From the human T2T-CHM13v2.0 reference genome, Homo sapiens: a DNA stretch of 64,000 bases. Of the stretch, positions 61,187 through 64,000 are shown piece after piece; position 1 is the first letter of the stretch; the number at the start of each line of letters is the position of its first letter. The stretch lies in NCBI RefSeq assembly GCF_009914755.1, contig NC_060932.1, one strand, 5' to 3'. The notes under the pieces were generated by a model, which ran no database searches, was not told where the DNA came from, and worked only from the letters and a program-made list of their open reading frames with translations. Position numbers and translations under genes: made by a program.

Positions 61187-61489
61187 TTTCTTTCTTCCTT
61201 TCTCTCTTTCTTTCATTCTTTTTTCAGACAAAGTCATGCTCAGTCATCCATGCTGGAGTGCAGTGGCACAATCTCAGCTCCCTGCAACCTCCGCCTTCTC
61301 TGTTCCAGCGATTCTCGTGCCTCAGCCTCCCAGGCACACCACCACACCTGGCTAATTTTTGTATTTTTGATAGAGATGGGGGTTTCGCCATGTTGCCGAG
61401 GCTGGTCTCGAACTCCTGGCCTCAAGCAATCTGCCAACCTCGGCCTCCCAAAGTGCTGGGATTACAGGCATGAGCCACCGCATCTGGCC
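61148..61489 (-). mobile_element. AluJ/S with (TTTC)n-expanded tail
   Basis: (CTTT)n tract, then an Alu body ending CCGCATCTGGCC. Confidence 0.9.
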
Positions 61490-61989
61490 TAGCACTCTTT
61501 CATACACTGGACGATCATTCAGTCTAGTGGGCACCAGATGGGTCCTTTTCCATGTACGCTTCCCAGAATCCACTCTACAGGAGGAGTGGCCAGGTTGTTC
61601 CATTGAAACATGTTCGGTGGAACATGTGTTGCTCATACACATGGGAAGCCACATGTGTAAGAACCACATTGGTTGTTTTGGGGGCTTTTTTAACAACAGG
61701 GTAAGGAAGAGCCTTTAACTTTGCCAAAATATAAATTTGAGGACTGAAATTAATCCTAACACAGTTTAACATACTTTATACATAAAAAAGTAGACAAATA
61801 ATAGGCCTAGTGCTAAACTTGATGAAATTCTATCAAGTCAATGAGAACACCAGAATTTAACAGACCACTACTACTACATCTAGTAAGCGTCCTTCTCAGT
61901 TATGTCTTGAAGTTTGCAACTAATTATGGAGCTTGATTTTGGTCCCAGCAATGTCACTAAACAGCATATTTCTTGGAAACAGAATTTAG

Positions 61990-62225
61990 AATGTAGTAAA
62001 TAAGAATAAACATTTTGGAGTCAGACAATTTTAAAGAATCACATCCATATCCTGTGTCTTTCAAGGAAATTTACTTAAATTTTCTGAACCCAAATTTCCT
62101 CTTCTGGAAATAATGATCATTTCTTCATAGGATTATTTTAAAAACTGCTTTAGACAATGTATATCTTGTCCTAGTGAAATGCCCAGTGCAGAATAGATGT
62201 ACAATATATGATACTTATTATTATG
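61990..62225 (+). mobile_element. MIR
   Basis: TTTTGGAGTCAGAC...TTACTTAAATTTTCTGAACC...CTTCATAGGATT. Confidence 0.6.
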
Positions 62226-62276
62226 ACTCTAACTTTCCGAAAGTCAAGTGAACTCAAATATTGACCACATAACCAG

Positions 62277-62669
62277 TTCTATGGTTTGAATGTTTTTGTT
62301 CCCTCTCAAACTTACGTTGAAGCTTAGTCCCCAGTCCAGTACTATTGGAAGGTGGGGCCTAATGAGAAGTGCTTAGGTCATAAGGACTCCACCCTCATGA
62401 ATGGATTCGTGCCACTATAAAAAGGGCTTGCAGGAGTGAGTTCACTTTCTTTTTCCCTTCTGCCATGTGAGGCCACAATGTTCAGCCCCACATGCCCTTC
62501 TACTGTCTGCCATATGAGGATGCAGCAAGAGAGGCCTCACCAGACACAAGATGCTGGTGTCATGATCTTGGACTTCCCAGACTCCGGAACTGTGAGAAAT
62601 AAATCATATTTTTTATAAATTACCCAGCCTCAGGTATTCTGTTATAGCAGCATAAAATGAACAGAGACA
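62277..62669 (+). mobile_element. MST (MSTB/MSTC-like) MaLR solo LTR
   Basis: CTATGGTTTGAATG...GGTGGGGCCTAATG...CCCTCATGAATGGATT...GGACTTCCCAG...ATTACCCAG...GTTATAGCAGC; TSD ACCAG/ACGAG. Confidence 0.88.
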
Positions 62670-63001
62670 ACGAGAAATTTCAGGATAATTTATCTTCCTG
62701 GTCAACATAAACTACTTTTCTCTCTTCTTTAATTCTTAAAACCAAGCCCAAACAATATGGATGCAAGATAATTCAGACACATCTTAAAGATTGATCTCCA
62801 TGAAGCATGACTTATGTTAATCCAAATGGCCAATCCCTTTGGAAATTGCAAACTCATTTCCAATATGCAAATGAATGCAGTTTTTCAGTATCTGGAACAC
62901 CATGGAATGTAAGGTAGCTCAGCCATGGGAAATGAATATGGCATTTTTGGCCAACCATCCAAAGACGTAAACAAGGGCTGAAATATTTCTGTCATTTAAG
63001 T

Positions 63002-63191
63002 CTCTGGTTCCCAAACATAGGTTATTGGCTGGTCTCAGGAATAGTGCAGAAGAATTACTTAAGATGTTTGGTAAATATGGTGTTTCCAAGCTCCAAGACC
63101 AGAAATTCTGATTTAGTCTAAAATGGGGCCCAGGAATCTGCATTTTAAACAAGTGAGCAATTCAGATGTACATCCAGGTTGAGAACTGTTG
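63002..63191 (+). mobile_element. MER5-type (hAT-Charlie) element
   Basis: TGGTTCCCAAAC...ATTCTGATTTAG...GGGGCCCAGGAATCTGCATTTTAAACAAG...GGTTGAGAAC. Confidence 0.7.
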
Positions 63192-64000
63192 ATCTAAGCC
63201 AATGATTATTTTTCTGTGTGTATTTTATATTTCTTCACATATCTCCTGCCTCTTTCAACCTCATATTTATACTATTAAATCACAGGGAGGACAGGAGAGT
63301 GAGAACATCTTTATATTAGTCTTAGAGCCCCCTCCGCAACTTCCATTTATATTTAGAAATTCTCAAGGTGCTAGATGATACAAAATTTCTCCCTGCTTTA
63401 AGTCTTTGTATTTCATGAGAAAGCTACTTGGTATTTCAGATAGTAGTAAAGTTTTAAGACTTTAAACAGAAAATGGCAAACAGGCTTCATCTGGTATAAC
63501 ACAACTGGCTGAATAGCAGGGACTGCCTGGAATACCTCAGGGCACTCTGTCTGACAAGAGGCCCAGCTCAGGGGGAAAGCATGCTGGGTTCAATTAGTGA
63601 TGTCTGGCATGGGCAAGGACAAAGTCAAGAAAACATCACTTCCTTCCAGCTCCACTTCAAAGCACATTACCTTCAAAAGAGGAAGAGTATGAAAATTAAT
63701 TTTTAAATGATATTTACATTTAAGGTTTCCAATCATCCTTCAGTTGAGCACTTCTTTTCCATTCTTATAATTTTTCTAGCTAAACTGAATGTGCATTTCA
63801 GAATCTGTATACTCTTGGTCCAGAGAAAGTAGGCAATAATGTGCAATGAGACCAGAAACCTCTAAGAGGTGCTGGGCCCTTTGGACAAGTGAACACCAAC
63901 CAGCACTTCCCTCCTCCCACCCCAGAATGCTTTGCAGGAAGCTGGCTTTTGTAGTTTATCTGTGTATGTGTTAACAAGGATGGACTTCAATGTGAATAAA

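Overview
Primate (human-like) non-coding genomic DNA, probably intergenic or deep intronic. No host protein-coding gene, RNA gene or CRISPR array is recognisable, and I found no clearly novel biological system. The window is dominated by interspersed repeats: a full-length, retrotransposition-dead L1PA3 (39613-45737, +); an L1MA2 with both ends (15094-20792, -) nested in a decayed ERVL provirus that also carries a THE1A LTR; about a dozen Alu/FLAM/FRAM copies; MLT2A2, MLT1/MST, LTR16 and LTR33-type LTRs; MER58A, MER119 and MER5 DNA transposons; and many MIR/L2 fragments. Repeat-free blocks rich in homeodomain/POU/HOX motifs (~31.6-32.6, 51.6-52.3, 57.2-57.4, 58.8-59.0 kb) look like developmental enhancers, and there is a candidate minus-strand non-coding exon at 55180-55350. 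Most notable: (i) several short local templated insertions, including a two-piece inverted-plus-direct copy inside an MLT1 LTR; (ii) an open, extended 178-aa antisense ORF0 in the L1PA3; (iii) a 5-bp insertion that creates a perfect palindrome at the L1 ORF2 start. Repeat names come from remembered consensus sequences, not from a database search, and the boundaries of old repeats are approximate.
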